From: Longimicrobiales bacterium
GTDB lineage: Bacteria > Gemmatimonadota > Gemmatimonadetes > Longimicrobiales > Gaopeijiaceae
Direction: 5' to 3'
NCBI GenBank assembly: GCA_963422615.1
Contig: OY730414.1
Coordinates: 1,472,302-1,536,301, forward strand
DNA: 64,000 nt
Position 1 is the stretch's first letter; every line of letters begins with the position of its first letter. Made by a program: the position numbers and the translations under genes. Below are positions 39,753-49,687 of this stretch, piece by piece. The notes beneath the pieces were generated by a model, which ran no database searches, was not told where the DNA came from, and saw only the letters and a list, made by a program, of their open reading frames with translations.

Positions 39753-40970
39753 ATGCTACGGAAGACTTCTCCGATTCTCCTGACCGTGACCGCCGTGGTC
39801 GCCCTGGCCGCCCTTCCTTCTTCCCTGAGCCCCCAAGATGCTGCCGTCCTCCGGAACCGGGCTCCGGCGTCTTTGTGGGCCCGGAACCTTGACCGGGTCG
39901 TTGCTCACCTGGAGCCCGAGCTCCGACGCGCCTTGCTGGAAGGAGAAATCCCGTCGCTGACGGTCGCTCTGACGGACCGGCAGGGGGAGCTCTGGAGCGG
40001 GGCATTCGGCGTCTCGAACCTGTGGGCCCGCACGCCCGCGTCAACCCACACCGTGTACCTCATCGGTTCCACCTTCAAGGCCCAGTCCACCGTCGCCCTT
40101 CTGCAGCAGATGGAGCGGGGAGCCTTCTCCCTGGACGACCCGGTGAGCGATTATCTGGACGACTTGGTGATTCGGGGCGAAGACCCGAACGATCCGGTGA
40201 CCTTCCGCCACCTCCTCACCCACACCTCGGGGATGCCCGTTGACTTCGGCCCCCATCCCGTTTGGGGGGAGACCGCGCCCCTTCCGCTGGATCGCTATCT
40301 CAGGGATTCACTGCGAGTGGAGGCGCCGCCGCTGCAAGAAGTCGTTTACTCCAACATGGCGTATTCCCTGGTGGGGCACCTCGTAGAGAAATTCTCGGGG
40401 GTTCCCTACAAGGCGTACATTCGGCAGGAGGTCTGGGGTGCCTTGGAGATGAATTCGACGGCATTCGATCCGACTCCGGCCATGGTTGAACGGCTTGCGG
40501 TGCCCTATGTCCCGGATGAAGGCACGGGGCGCAACGTCCCCGCTGTGCGGCTCAAGGCCAACGTCTGGCCGGCGGGGATCGTCTACGGGACTGTCCTCGA
40601 CCAGGCGAAGTGGGTGCGCTTCAACCTGGGCGATGGCACCTGGGAGGGGAGACGCCTCTTGAAGGAATCCACCCTGGAAGAGATGCACACCCTTCAGTAC
40701 GAGTCGCTCGCCGGGGAGCCCATGGGTGGGGGATGGGGCTACCAAGATCCCGGGTACGGCCTGACGTGGTGGGTGTCGACCCACGAGGGAGAGCGATTTT
40801 TCGCCCACTCCGGGAGTGTGCCGGGGTACACGGCCTTTGCTTCGGGAAACCGGACCCGGGGGTTCGGAGTTGCCTTCCTCACGAACGGAAACCGGGCCCA
40901 CCCCCACTTGGTGCGGCTGGCCGTCTTGGCGTTGGACCTGCTGGCGGAGGAACTGGATGCTTCGCGGTAG
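39753..40970 (+). CDS. Serine hydrolase, beta-lactamase/peptidase S12 family, secreted
   Basis: SxxK (STFK), LLTHTSG, YSN, HSG motifs; signal peptide. Confidence 0.92.
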   Translation: MLRKTSPILLTVTAVVALAALPSSLSPQDAAVLRNRAPASLWARNLDRVVAHLEPELRRALLEGEIPSLTVALTDRQGELWSGAFGVSNLWARTPASTHTVYLIGSTFKAQSTVALLQQMERGAFSLDDPVSDYLDDLVIRGEDPNDPVTFRHLLTHTSGMPVDFGPHPVWGETAPLPLDRYLRDSLRVEAPPLQEVVYSNMAYSLVGHLVEKFSGVPYKAYIRQEVWGALEMNSTAFDPTPAMVERLAVPYVPDEGTGRNVPAVRLKANVWPAGIVYGTVLDQAKWVRFNLGDGTWEGRRLLKESTLEEMHTLQYESLAGEPMGGGWGYQDPGYGLTWWVSTHEGERFFAHSGSVPGYTAFASGNRTRGFGVAFLTNGNRAHPHLVRLAVLALDLLAEELDASR

Positions 40971-41142
40971 GAGCGACAATAAGAGGCGGCGGTGCGGCTC
41001 GGTTGCGGGCCGCTTCCCCCGTGCCACCGCTCCTTCGGTAGCGTACCCGATCCAGGGTCGGAAAGCGTCGATCGCGATGATCGCGATCGAAACCCCTGAA
41101 CGGCAACGGTTCGGGTTCCCGAACCCGGCGTGAGGTCGACCG

Positions 41143-42411
41143 ATGCAATTTCTCCTTGATCTTCTCGAAGGCTGGTCTCATCTCCTGGTGGCACTTGCGG
41201 TTCTCGCCGCCGTAGCGTGGGCGGTCGATTGGATCACCCGCCGAATGATTCACGGGGCGATCCGGCGCGTCGCCTTCCGGACCCGGTCGACTTGGGACGA
41301 TCGAGTCCTCGAACGAAGGGTCTTCGCGCGCATCGCCCATGTGGTGCCGGCGGTGGTCATCTACTACGGGATCGGGGTTGCCCTGGGCGTCACCCCCGCG
41401 GAAGCGGCGATGGCTGTAGAGCGCGACCCGCTGATCCTCATCTGGACCGTCGTGCGTCGCGTCTCCGCGGCCTTCATCGTGTTGACCCTGGCGAGAGCCG
41501 TGAAGGTCTTCCTGGACGCCGTCAACGACATCTACAACGAGGCGTACGCGGAATCGAAGTCCAGACCGGTCAAGGGCTACTTGCAGGTCGTCAGCCTGGC
41601 CGTGTACATCGCCGCCGGGGTGATCATCGTCTCGATCCTGGCCGACCGATCTCCCCTGGTTTTTCTCTCCGGTTTGGGGGCATTGGCTGCCGTTCTGATG
41701 CTCGTCTTCCGGGATACGATTCTGTCTCTTGTGGCCAGCGTCCAGATCATGTCCAACGACATGATCCGGATTGGCGACTGGGTAGAGATGCCGCAGGCGC
41801 ACACCGACGGAGACGTCGTCGACATCGCCCTCCACACGGTCAAGGTCCAGAATTGGGACAAGACGATCTCCACGATCCCGACGCACAAGTTCATCAGTGA
41901 GTCTTTCAAGAACTGGCGCGGGATGTCGGAGTCGGGGGGACGGCGGATCAAGCGGGCGCTCCGCATCGACATGAGCTCGGTGCGATTCCTGACGGAGGAA
42001 GAGACGGAGAAGCTTTCCCGACGAGAGCTCCTGCGCGAATACATGCGGGAGAAGCGGGGGGAGGTCGGCCGTTACAACGCCTCGAAGGGGGACGACAATG
42101 GGACCGTGATTCCCGAAGTCCGGCGCCTCACGAACTTGGGCACCTTCCGGGCCTATGTGGCAAAGTACCTGGAGGCACACCCCGCCATCCACCAGGAGAT
42201 GACCCTCTTGGTCCGCCAGCTTGCGCCGGGACCCCAAGGGATCCCCATCGAGATCTACTGCTTTACCAGCGATACGGCCTGGGCAAACTATGAATCCTTC
42301 CAGGCCGATGTCTTCGACCACCTGATCGCGATCCTTCCCGAATTCGGCCTGAAGGTGTTTCAAGCCCCGACGGGAAGGGACTTTGCGAAGATGCTGGCTT
42401 GGGGAAACTGA
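41143..42411 (+). CDS. Mechanosensitive ion channel, MscS family (YbdG-like)
   Basis: FRDTILSLVAS, IGDWVEMP, KVQNWDKTI, NWRGMSESGGRRIKR, TNLGTFRAY. Confidence 0.93.
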   Translation: MQFLLDLLEGWSHLLVALAVLAAVAWAVDWITRRMIHGAIRRVAFRTRSTWDDRVLERRVFARIAHVVPAVVIYYGIGVALGVTPAEAAMAVERDPLILIWTVVRRVSAAFIVLTLARAVKVFLDAVNDIYNEAYAESKSRPVKGYLQVVSLAVYIAAGVIIVSILADRSPLVFLSGLGALAAVLMLVFRDTILSLVASVQIMSNDMIRIGDWVEMPQAHTDGDVVDIALHTVKVQNWDKTISTIPTHKFISESFKNWRGMSESGGRRIKRALRIDMSSVRFLTEEETEKLSRRELLREYMREKRGEVGRYNASKGDDNGTVIPEVRRLTNLGTFRAYVAKYLEAHPAIHQEMTLLVRQLAPGPQGIPIEIYCFTSDTAWANYESFQADVFDHLIAILPEFGLKVFQAPTGRDFAKMLAWGN

Positions 42412-42628
42412 TCCCCGGGTCGGGAGGACGTCAGGGGTTGAACCACCACCGAACGAAGTGGCAACCCGCTCCGCAGCACCCCGGAGCCCCCGTTTGCCAA
42501 GGGTAAGGAGCCCCGGAGACGTCAATGGTGAGGGTTCGTCACGAGGGTTCCGTTCCGGATGGCCCGCGCTGACGAAGTCGCAGTTGGCCGGACCCCCGTT
42601 TACCCGGACCCCGCCCTGAGCGGAGCGA

Positions 42629-43954
42629 TCATGCCGTGGGCAGTCCGTGACGGATGGCCCACTCCATTGCCTCGCTGAAGCGATCCAGCTCGTCCAGGGT
42701 CGTGTACACGCTGGGTGAGATCCTGAGCCCTTGGCACTCCTCGTGGCCGATGGGCACGTTGATGATCCTGTGCTCGTTCCAGAGCCAGTTGCTCAGGTCC
42801 GCCGTGTCCAGCCCGTCCACGTGGACGTTGCCGATCCCGCAGGCCAAGCCGGGCTTCTGGCTGGTGTTGAGGCGGACCCGGTCGTTCTCCAGGAGACGGT
42901 TCGCCCAATAGTCCCGCAGGTAAACCAGGCGGGCCGCCTTCCTGTCGTCCCCGATGCCCTGATGAAAGGTGAGGGCTTCGGCGATGGCCAGATAATTGGC
43001 TGCGGGGTGGGTCCCGATCTCCTCGTACTTGCGAATGTCCCCGTCCATGCGCCCCGGTGCCGCCATGAGGGGCCAGATCTTGGGGATGTGGTCCCGACGA
43101 ACGTACAGGAGCCCCGTTCCGTGGGGGGCGAAGAGCCACTTGTGCAGGCTCGTGGAGTAGTTGTCGCAGTCCAGGTCGGACAGCTTGAAGCTGAAATGGG
43201 CCAGAGCGTGGGCGCCGTCAACAATCACGGGAATGTCGTGCCGTCGGGCCATTCGGACCACCTCTTTCACGGGCAGGATCTGTCCCGTCAGGTTGATCAT
43301 GTGGCACATGAGGATGAGTCGCGTCCGAGGCGTGATGGCCTCCTCAAAGCGACGCACGACCTCCCCGGGGTCCTCCGCCGGCACCGGGACCTTGATCTGT
43401 CGCATCACGATTCCCTCCCGCCGCTCTCGCTGCCGGAAGGTGGTGAGCATGCGGCCGTAGTCCTGGGTGGTGGTGAGGACTTCGTCACCCCGCGACAAAT
43501 CGTAACCGAACTGGCAGGTCTGAAGGCCCTCCGAGGCGTTGCGGGTAAACGCCACCTCTTCCACGTCCACGCCCCACGCCCGAGCCATTCGGGCCCGAAC
43601 ACCCTCCCGCTGAGGCTCGAGGATCTTCCACATGGTGTAGGTGGGGGCCTTGTTGGAATAGTCCAAATGCCGCTTCATGGCGTTCTGGACGAAGGTCGGC
43701 GACGGGCTGACACCCCCGTTGTTCAGGTTCACGAGGGAGCGGTCCACCGTGAAGGCCCGGGCGACCTCGGACCAGAAGCTTTCGTCGGAAGCGATCTCCG
43801 AAGGAGACCCGGGGTGACCGCCCAGCTCTCGGGCGACGTCCGTCGCGCTGGCATTCAACCCGGGCAGACCGGAAGCTCCCAGCGCGGCTGCCGCCGTTCC
43901 CAGAAAGTCCCTACGGTTCGGAACTGCACTCCTCTTTGTCGCCCTTGCGCTCAT
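42629..43954 (-). CDS. Tat-exported class V PLP aminotransferase (isopenicillin N epimerase/cysteine desulfurase-like)
   Basis: Twin-arginine signal RRDFL; NLNNGG, VDGAHA, SLHKW (PLP lysine); SD GGAGG. Confidence 0.88.
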   Translation of the reverse strand: MSARATKRSAVPNRRDFLGTAAAALGASGLPGLNASATDVARELGGHPGSPSEIASDESFWSEVARAFTVDRSLVNLNNGGVSPSPTFVQNAMKRHLDYSNKAPTYTMWKILEPQREGVRARMARAWGVDVEEVAFTRNASEGLQTCQFGYDLSRGDEVLTTTQDYGRMLTTFRQRERREGIVMRQIKVPVPAEDPGEVVRRFEEAITPRTRLILMCHMINLTGQILPVKEVVRMARRHDIPVIVDGAHALAHFSFKLSDLDCDNYSTSLHKWLFAPHGTGLLYVRRDHIPKIWPLMAAPGRMDGDIRKYEEIGTHPAANYLAIAEALTFHQGIGDDRKAARLVYLRDYWANRLLENDRVRLNTSQKPGLACGIGNVHVDGLDTADLSNWLWNEHRIINVPIGHEECQGLRISPSVYTTLDELDRFSEAMEWAIRHGLPTA

Positions 43955-44280
43955 TCTTGTCCTCCGGAGTGGACTGCCCCTTCGGGCGGACCCGCCCTCT
44001 TTGGGTTCGTGTACGTACGCCGGTTCACCATCCCGGCACTCTCGCGAAATTCACCATAAGTCCAAAGCCGGTGAACGGGCAAACCCACCCTGTACCGCCG
44101 TCAACGCCGGGCGGACTTATCAGCCCCGCCCCCAAGCGCCGGTCAGCCAGAAGGACAATCCGGGACGGGTAGCAGGCCCTCTGTTCATGGGGAAGTGGAG
44201 TTTTCGCGGGGAAGTGGCGTAACTTCATTTTCCGGAAGTCCATTGGAAGTCTTCCCTCAACCCCGGTTCTTTTTCGCTCG

Positions 44281-45225
44281 ATGATTCGAATCCGTTTCCT
44301 GGGAACCGCTGCCGCTAGGCCGACGGCAAAGCGGAATGTGTCGGGCATTGCCGTCCGGAGAGAGGGAACGACAATCCTCTGGGACTGCGGGGAGGGGACA
44401 CAGCGACAGATCATGCGCTTCGGCACGGGCTTTTCGTTCTCCCACATTTTCATTACCCACGCCCATGCCGATCACATCCTCGGTCTACCCGGACTCCTGC
44501 GGACCATGGGGCTCCAGGGGAGGGAAGAGAAGATGACCATTTACGGCCCCCGTGGCTCCGGCGCGGTACTGCAGAAGGCGGTCCACCTGGGCGGGGAGTT
44601 CGTGACCTTCCCGGTGACGCTGAAGAGCCTGAACCCCGGCGACAGCGTCGACTTCGACGGGTGGTCCGTCCATGCCTTCGCTGCGGATCACCGGGTGGCG
44701 GCTCTCGGGTACGCCCTGATCGAGGAGCCCCGCCGGGGTCGCTTCGACCCGGAGGTGGCGCGGCGCCTGGGGGTTCCGGAGGGTCCTCTCCGAGGTCGGC
44801 TCCACCGGGGCGAATCCGTCAAGGTGGACGGGAGGGTCATTACGCCGGGCGAAGTGGTGGGGGCCTCTCGGCCCGGGCGCAAGGTGGTCTACGCGGGGGA
44901 TACCCGGCCGACGTGGACTGCCGTCGCCATGGCGAAAGGTTCGGACCTCCTGATCCACGAAGCCACTTTCGGTATGGACGAACGACGCCGGGCCCGGGAA
45001 ACGAGGCACTCTACCGCCGTGGAGGCCGCGTGGGTGGCCTCGGAGGCGAAGACCCGACAGCTCGTGCTGACCCACATTTCGGCCCGCTACTCCGCCTCGC
45101 CCGGGATCTTGCGGGACCAGGCGCGGGCCATATTCCCGGCTTCGATGGTGGCCTCCGATGGACTCGAAGTCGAAATCGGCTTCGATGGTGGCCTCCGATG
45201 GACTCGGAAGTCGAAATCGGCATGA
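44281..45225 (+). CDS. rnz: Ribonuclease Z
   Basis: FLGT, DCGEGTQRQ, THAHADH, GP-rich exosite, GDTRP, HEATF, HST, LTHISARY. Confidence 0.95.
   Translation: MIRIRFLGTAAARPTAKRNVSGIAVRREGTTILWDCGEGTQRQIMRFGTGFSFSHIFITHAHADHILGLPGLLRTMGLQGREEKMTIYGPRGSGAVLQKAVHLGGEFVTFPVTLKSLNPGDSVDFDGWSVHAFAADHRVAALGYALIEEPRRGRFDPEVARRLGVPEGPLRGRLHRGESVKVDGRVITPGEVVGASRPGRKVVYAGDTRPTWTAVAMAKGSDLLIHEATFGMDERRRARETRHSTAVEAAWVASEAKTRQLVLTHISARYSASPGILRDQARAIFPASMVASDGLEVEIGFDGGLRWTRKSKSA
45137..45221. repeat. Tandem duplication of 40 bp at the rnz 3' end (second copy has one extra G)
   Basis: cggcttcgatggtggcctccgatggactcgaagtcgaaat at 45137 and again at 45177 with gactcggaag. Confidence 0.93.
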
Positions 45226-45432
45226 GTGAGCGGGCCTTGGGGTGCCAGTCGGTGGGGAAGGATACGCGGTCACTGTCCACATCCACCGCTGCCAGAGCTG
45301 CCAGGCGGTCCCACAAGAGAAACGCCTGTGCGCCCTTGGCGGGCCGATGGAGTCACCACGTTCGGGGCCAACTCCGCCAGAAGCTCGATGTCTTGGGGTC
45401 GAGCGGGAGGTATATGACCGCTCCAGCAGAAA

Positions 45433-47502
45433 ATGGTTGAAGGCGCTGGGCTGACCCTTCGGGTTCCCGGCGACAAGTCGGTGAGCCAGCGCGCCCTTAT
45501 CCTGGCGGCAATGGCGAACGGTGAGAGCCGCATCCGGGGCATCCTTCGGGGGGCGGATCCCGCCGCAACAGGGCGGGCCCTTCGGGCGCTCGGGGCGGAG
45601 ATATCGTCGCTTGCACCGCCGTTGTCCGGGGTCGTACGGGTTCGAGGATCCGGCCTTCGCTCCTGGCAGGAACCCACGGGACCGTTGGACTTGGAAAACA
45701 GCGGAACGGGGGCCCGCTTGTTGGCGGGAGCCCTCGCGGCCCAGCCCATGGAGGCGGTCATCACCGGAGACCCGTCCCTCCTTCGCCGTCCGATGGAGCG
45801 GATCGCCATTCCCCTCCGGCAAATGGGGGCTTCCGTTACCTACCTGGGCCGGTCCGGCGTTCTGCCCATCCGCATCACGGGCGGAGCCCTCTCGCCCCTG
45901 TCGTACGAGAGTCCCGTGTCGAGCGCCCAGGTCAAGAGCGCCATCCTCTTGGCGGGAGTCGGGTCGGGCGTGGAGGTCAAGGTCCAGGAACCCAGGGCCT
46001 CCCGGGACCACACGGAGCGGATGTTGGCCTCCATGGGCGTGGAGGTGGAAAGCGAAGCCCGGGGGGCCGCGCGGGTCGTCCGATTGGTTTCCCCCCCGGA
46101 GCGGTTGGCGCCCCTGGACGTGGAAGTGCCCGGCGATTTTTCTTCGGCGGCGTTCTTCCTGGCCTGGGCCGTTCTTTCCGGGAAGCGGTCTTTGGTCGTT
46201 CGTTCCGTGGGCCTGAACGAGACCCGGACCGGTTTCCTGAAGGTCCTGTCGCGAATGGGCGTCGCCCTGGGGATTTCTCCAAAGGCGGGTGGGGGTGGGG
46301 AGCCCGTGGGGTCCGTCCGGGTGGGGGGGCAGGGAGGGGGGCTGCGGGCGGTGGAAGTTGGGGAGGCCGAAGTCCCCGGAATGATCGACGAGATTCCCAT
46401 TCTCGCCACGCTGGCGGCCCGCGCCCAGGGGGTTACCAAGATCACAGGGGCCGGGGAGCTGAAGGTGAAGGAGTCGAACCGGCTCCGGGCGCTGGCGTCG
46501 AACCTCAGGGAGATCGGAGTTCAAGTGGAGGAGACGTCCGACGGGTTGGAAGTCGAAGGTACCCGACGGCCCCTTCATGGGAGGGTCCCGTGCTTCGGCG
46601 ACCATAGAATCGCAATGGCCTTCGGAGTACTGGGTGCGACCCCCGGTTGCGACATCGAGGTAGACGACCCCACCGTGGTGGACGTGAGCTTTCCCGGGTT
46701 CTGGGAGCTGCTTGCCCGGGTCTGTCGTCCCGGTGCTCCCGCGGGGGAGGGGATGAAGGCGAAAGCCCCACCACGATTCCCCGCCTCCTCTCCGAATTCG
46801 AGGGCACAGCCTCCGTGTCTGGTCGTCGCCATTGACGGTCCGGCGGGCTCCGGGAAGTCCACAACCGCCAAGGCCCTGGCAGACCGCCTGGGGTTCCGCC
46901 ATTTGGATTCGGGGGCGGTCTACCGGGGTGTGGCCCTTGGGATCTTGGAGTCAGGACGCGATCCGGAAGACTCGGCTGGTATTTCTCCCCTGGAACTCGC
47001 GGATCTGGGTGTCCAGGTGCGGTGGCGGGATCGAACCCCGGAGATCCGGCTCGGTGGGACGTCCGTGCCCGATTCAGCCCTACGGACAGGCCGGGTAACG
47101 TCTCTTGCGTCTCGCATCTCGGGGATGCCGGCGGTCCGCGCCCATCTGCTGGAGTTGCAGCGCGCCGGAGCCCGGGGCCCGGGTCTGGTGGCCGAAGGAC
47201 GGGACATGGGTACCGTGGTGTTCCCAACCGCTCCGGTAAAGGTGTTCTTGACGGCAAATGTCCGGGAGCGGGCCCGGAGACGCTTGCGCCAAGCTGGCGT
47301 AGCGAATCCGGCGGCCTCCCGAATCGAAAGGGAAGTCGCCTTGCTGGCCGAACGGGACAGGCGGGATTCGGAGCGAAAACTCGCACCTTTGAAGCCCGCG
47401 CCCGACGCCATTTGCCTGGACACGACGGACATGAAGCCGGAAGACCAGATTGACCGGATCGTGGCGCTGGTGGAAAAGGCTCGTCGGTTCGGGCTCAAAT
47501 AG
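45433..47502 (+). CDS. aroA-cmk: EPSP synthase (AroA) in frame with cytidylate kinase (Cmk)
   Basis: PGDKS, ENSGT, SAQVKS, RDHTE, KESNR, DHRIAM, then VAIDGPAGSGKST, EGRDMGTVVFP, RDRRD; in-frame ATG with SD at 46753. Confidence 0.9.
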   Translation: MVEGAGLTLRVPGDKSVSQRALILAAMANGESRIRGILRGADPAATGRALRALGAEISSLAPPLSGVVRVRGSGLRSWQEPTGPLDLENSGTGARLLAGALAAQPMEAVITGDPSLLRRPMERIAIPLRQMGASVTYLGRSGVLPIRITGGALSPLSYESPVSSAQVKSAILLAGVGSGVEVKVQEPRASRDHTERMLASMGVEVESEARGAARVVRLVSPPERLAPLDVEVPGDFSSAAFFLAWAVLSGKRSLVVRSVGLNETRTGFLKVLSRMGVALGISPKAGGGGEPVGSVRVGGQGGGLRAVEVGEAEVPGMIDEIPILATLAARAQGVTKITGAGELKVKESNRLRALASNLREIGVQVEETSDGLEVEGTRRPLHGRVPCFGDHRIAMAFGVLGATPGCDIEVDDPTVVDVSFPGFWELLARVCRPGAPAGEGMKAKAPPRFPASSPNSRAQPPCLVVAIDGPAGSGKSTTAKALADRLGFRHLDSGAVYRGVALGILESGRDPEDSAGISPLELADLGVQVRWRDRTPEIRLGGTSVPDSALRTGRVTSLASRISGMPAVRAHLLELQRAGARGPGLVAEGRDMGTVVFPTAPVKVFLTANVRERARRRLRQAGVANPAASRIEREVALLAERDRRDSERKLAPLKPAPDAICLDTTDMKPEDQIDRIVALVEKARRFGLK

Positions 47503-47847
47503 CTTCAGGGACGCCCCCGCCGAACCTCAGGGGCCGATGGCCACCCTCCCAAGGCGACCTGGAAGGTTGGTTCCATCGGGCAGTTTTGGCTCCATTGAGC
47601 AGTTCTTGTTACATTGGTTTGCTGTCTTTGAATTGAGCGACAAAGGGCGGGAGCAGTCCGTACCGGATCCATCGGGGTTCCCGGGATGTGCCCGTTGCGC
47701 GCTCGGAAAAGTCGGTCTTTGGAACCGATGGCGGGACGGTTCCGTAGACCTTGCCCTAACCATTCAGCCCGGCTCGTCCCCAGGTTCTACACCAGCAGCC
47801 GGAAGAGTACCGGAGCGCCAGCTAGCCCAGCTGGGGAAGCGCAGCAC

Positions 47848-49647
47848 ATGACCGAAACGCAAGAAACCTTCGCAACGCTTGATGGGGCCGAGGGCAGTGT
47901 CGCGTCCTCGCCTCGGGGTCGATTTCCATTGAGCAAAGACGACATTTCGCCCGAGCTCTTTCACGACCCCTACGGCGAAGAGGTCCTTGATGTCTCTCGG
48001 ACCGACTTTGAGGCGATGCTTGCCGAGCATCAGACCGCCAGTGGCGAAATCAGGGAAGGTGAAATCGTCCGGGCCAAGATCTTGAGGATCACGGACTCCG
48101 CGGTAATTCTCGAATTCGGCTTCAAGAGTGAAGGTACCGTGCCCCTTGACGAGTTCAAGGTCTCGGATCGGATCGAGCCGGGACAAGAAGTCGAGGTGCT
48201 CCTGGAGAGCCTTGAAGACGACGACGGGGTGGTCGTCCTGTCCAAGAAGAAGGCGGACTTCCTCCGGGTATGGGAGTTGATTCGGGATGCCTACGAAAGT
48301 GATCGTCCCGTCCAGGGACTGCTGACCCGCAAGATCAAGGGTGGCGTCACCGTGGATATCATGGGCGTGGATGCGTTCCTTCCCGGTTCCCAGATTGCGC
48401 TGCGGAGGGTGCCCAACATCGAGGACCTGATCGGCGATACCTACGACTTCAAGATCATCAAGCTCAACAAGCGCCGGCGGAACATCGTCGTATCCCGAAG
48501 AGTCATTCTTGAGGACAGGCGGAAAAAGAAGCGCTCAATCCTGGTCAAAGAGCTTCTCGTCGGGCAGGTCAGGGAAGGTGTCGTCAAGAACATCACGGAC
48601 TTCGGAGCCTTCATTGACCTGGGCGGTCTGGACGGCCTGCTTCACATTACGGACATGTCCTGGGGCCGCGTCGGCCATCCTTCCGAAGTGGTGGAGATCG
48701 GTCGCAATCTGGACGTCAAGGTGCTGGACATCGATTGGGACCGGGAGCGCATCTCCTTGGGGCTCAAACAGCTGCTTCCTTATCCATGGACGGACATCGC
48801 GGAGCGTTATCCGATAGGGTCCAGGGTTCGCGGAAGAGTTGTCTCCATCACGAACTACGGCGCCTTCGTGGAGCTGCAAAAGGGGGTGGAAGGACTGGTT
48901 CACATTTCGGAAATGTCCTGGATTCGAAACGTGCGCCACCCTTCCAAGCTGGTGTCCATCGGCGACGAAATCGACGCGGTCGTCCTTAGGGTTGACCCCA
49001 AGGACGAGAAGATTTCCCTGGGCATGAAGCAGATCGAAGAGGACCCGTGGTTGGCCCTTCCCCTGAAGTACCCCACGGGAACCCGCTTGACGGGGACGGC
49101 GCGAAACCTGACCTCCTTCGGGGCGTTCGTAGAGATCGAGCCGGGGATCGACGGCCTTGTGCACGTTTCCGACATGAGCTGGACCAAGCGGGTGGAGCAC
49201 CCCTCCGAGATCGTGCGAAAGGGCGAAGCAATCGACGTCATGGTTCTGGATGTGGATTCGGAAAACAAGCGGATTTCGCTGGGCATCAAGCAACTGCACG
49301 ATGACCCGTGGCCCGGTTTGGTCATTCGTTTCTCCAAGGACCATGAACAGGAAGGCACGGTGGTTCGGGTTCAGGACAAGGGTGTGGTCGTGGACCTGGG
49401 TGACGACGTGGAGGGCTTCGTTCCCGAATCCCACGCGGCGGTCGATCCGGACCGTCTGAGCGACTACTTCCGCCCCGGGGATCTGGTCCCGCTGCGGGTG
49501 ATTGATTCCAGCGCAGCCGACCGGCGCCTCGTTCTCCAGGTCCTGGAAGCACCCGCTCGGCGCACGGTTGCCGAACCGGCCCAGGCGGAGGCGGGCGTTG
49601 ACAGGAACGGGAACTCGGGCGAAACGGACGAAGAGGGAAAACTGTGA
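47848..49647 (+). CDS. rpsA: 30S ribosomal protein S1
   Basis: Six S1 repeats (GFKSEG, AFLPGSQ, DGLLHITDMSW, EGLVHISEMSW, DGLVHVSDMSW); follows cmk; start taken at MTETQ. Confidence 0.97.
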   Translation: MTETQETFATLDGAEGSVASSPRGRFPLSKDDISPELFHDPYGEEVLDVSRTDFEAMLAEHQTASGEIREGEIVRAKILRITDSAVILEFGFKSEGTVPLDEFKVSDRIEPGQEVEVLLESLEDDDGVVVLSKKKADFLRVWELIRDAYESDRPVQGLLTRKIKGGVTVDIMGVDAFLPGSQIALRRVPNIEDLIGDTYDFKIIKLNKRRRNIVVSRRVILEDRRKKKRSILVKELLVGQVREGVVKNITDFGAFIDLGGLDGLLHITDMSWGRVGHPSEVVEIGRNLDVKVLDIDWDRERISLGLKQLLPYPWTDIAERYPIGSRVRGRVVSITNYGAFVELQKGVEGLVHISEMSWIRNVRHPSKLVSIGDEIDAVVLRVDPKDEKISLGMKQIEEDPWLALPLKYPTGTRLTGTARNLTSFGAFVEIEPGIDGLVHVSDMSWTKRVEHPSEIVRKGEAIDVMVLDVDSENKRISLGIKQLHDDPWPGLVIRFSKDHEQEGTVVRVQDKGVVVDLGDDVEGFVPESHAAVDPDRLSDYFRPGDLVPLRVIDSSAADRRLVLQVLEAPARRTVAEPAQAEAGVDRNGNSGETDEEGKL

Positions 49648-49687
49648 GGAAGATTTGGAGACTCCAGCGGTTCCCTGACCCCGAAAC

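Noticed and set aside
39753..40970. Antibiotic-resistance beta-lactamase
   Set aside because: HSG in place of KTG and general S12 features point to a generic serine hydrolase; resistance cannot be inferred
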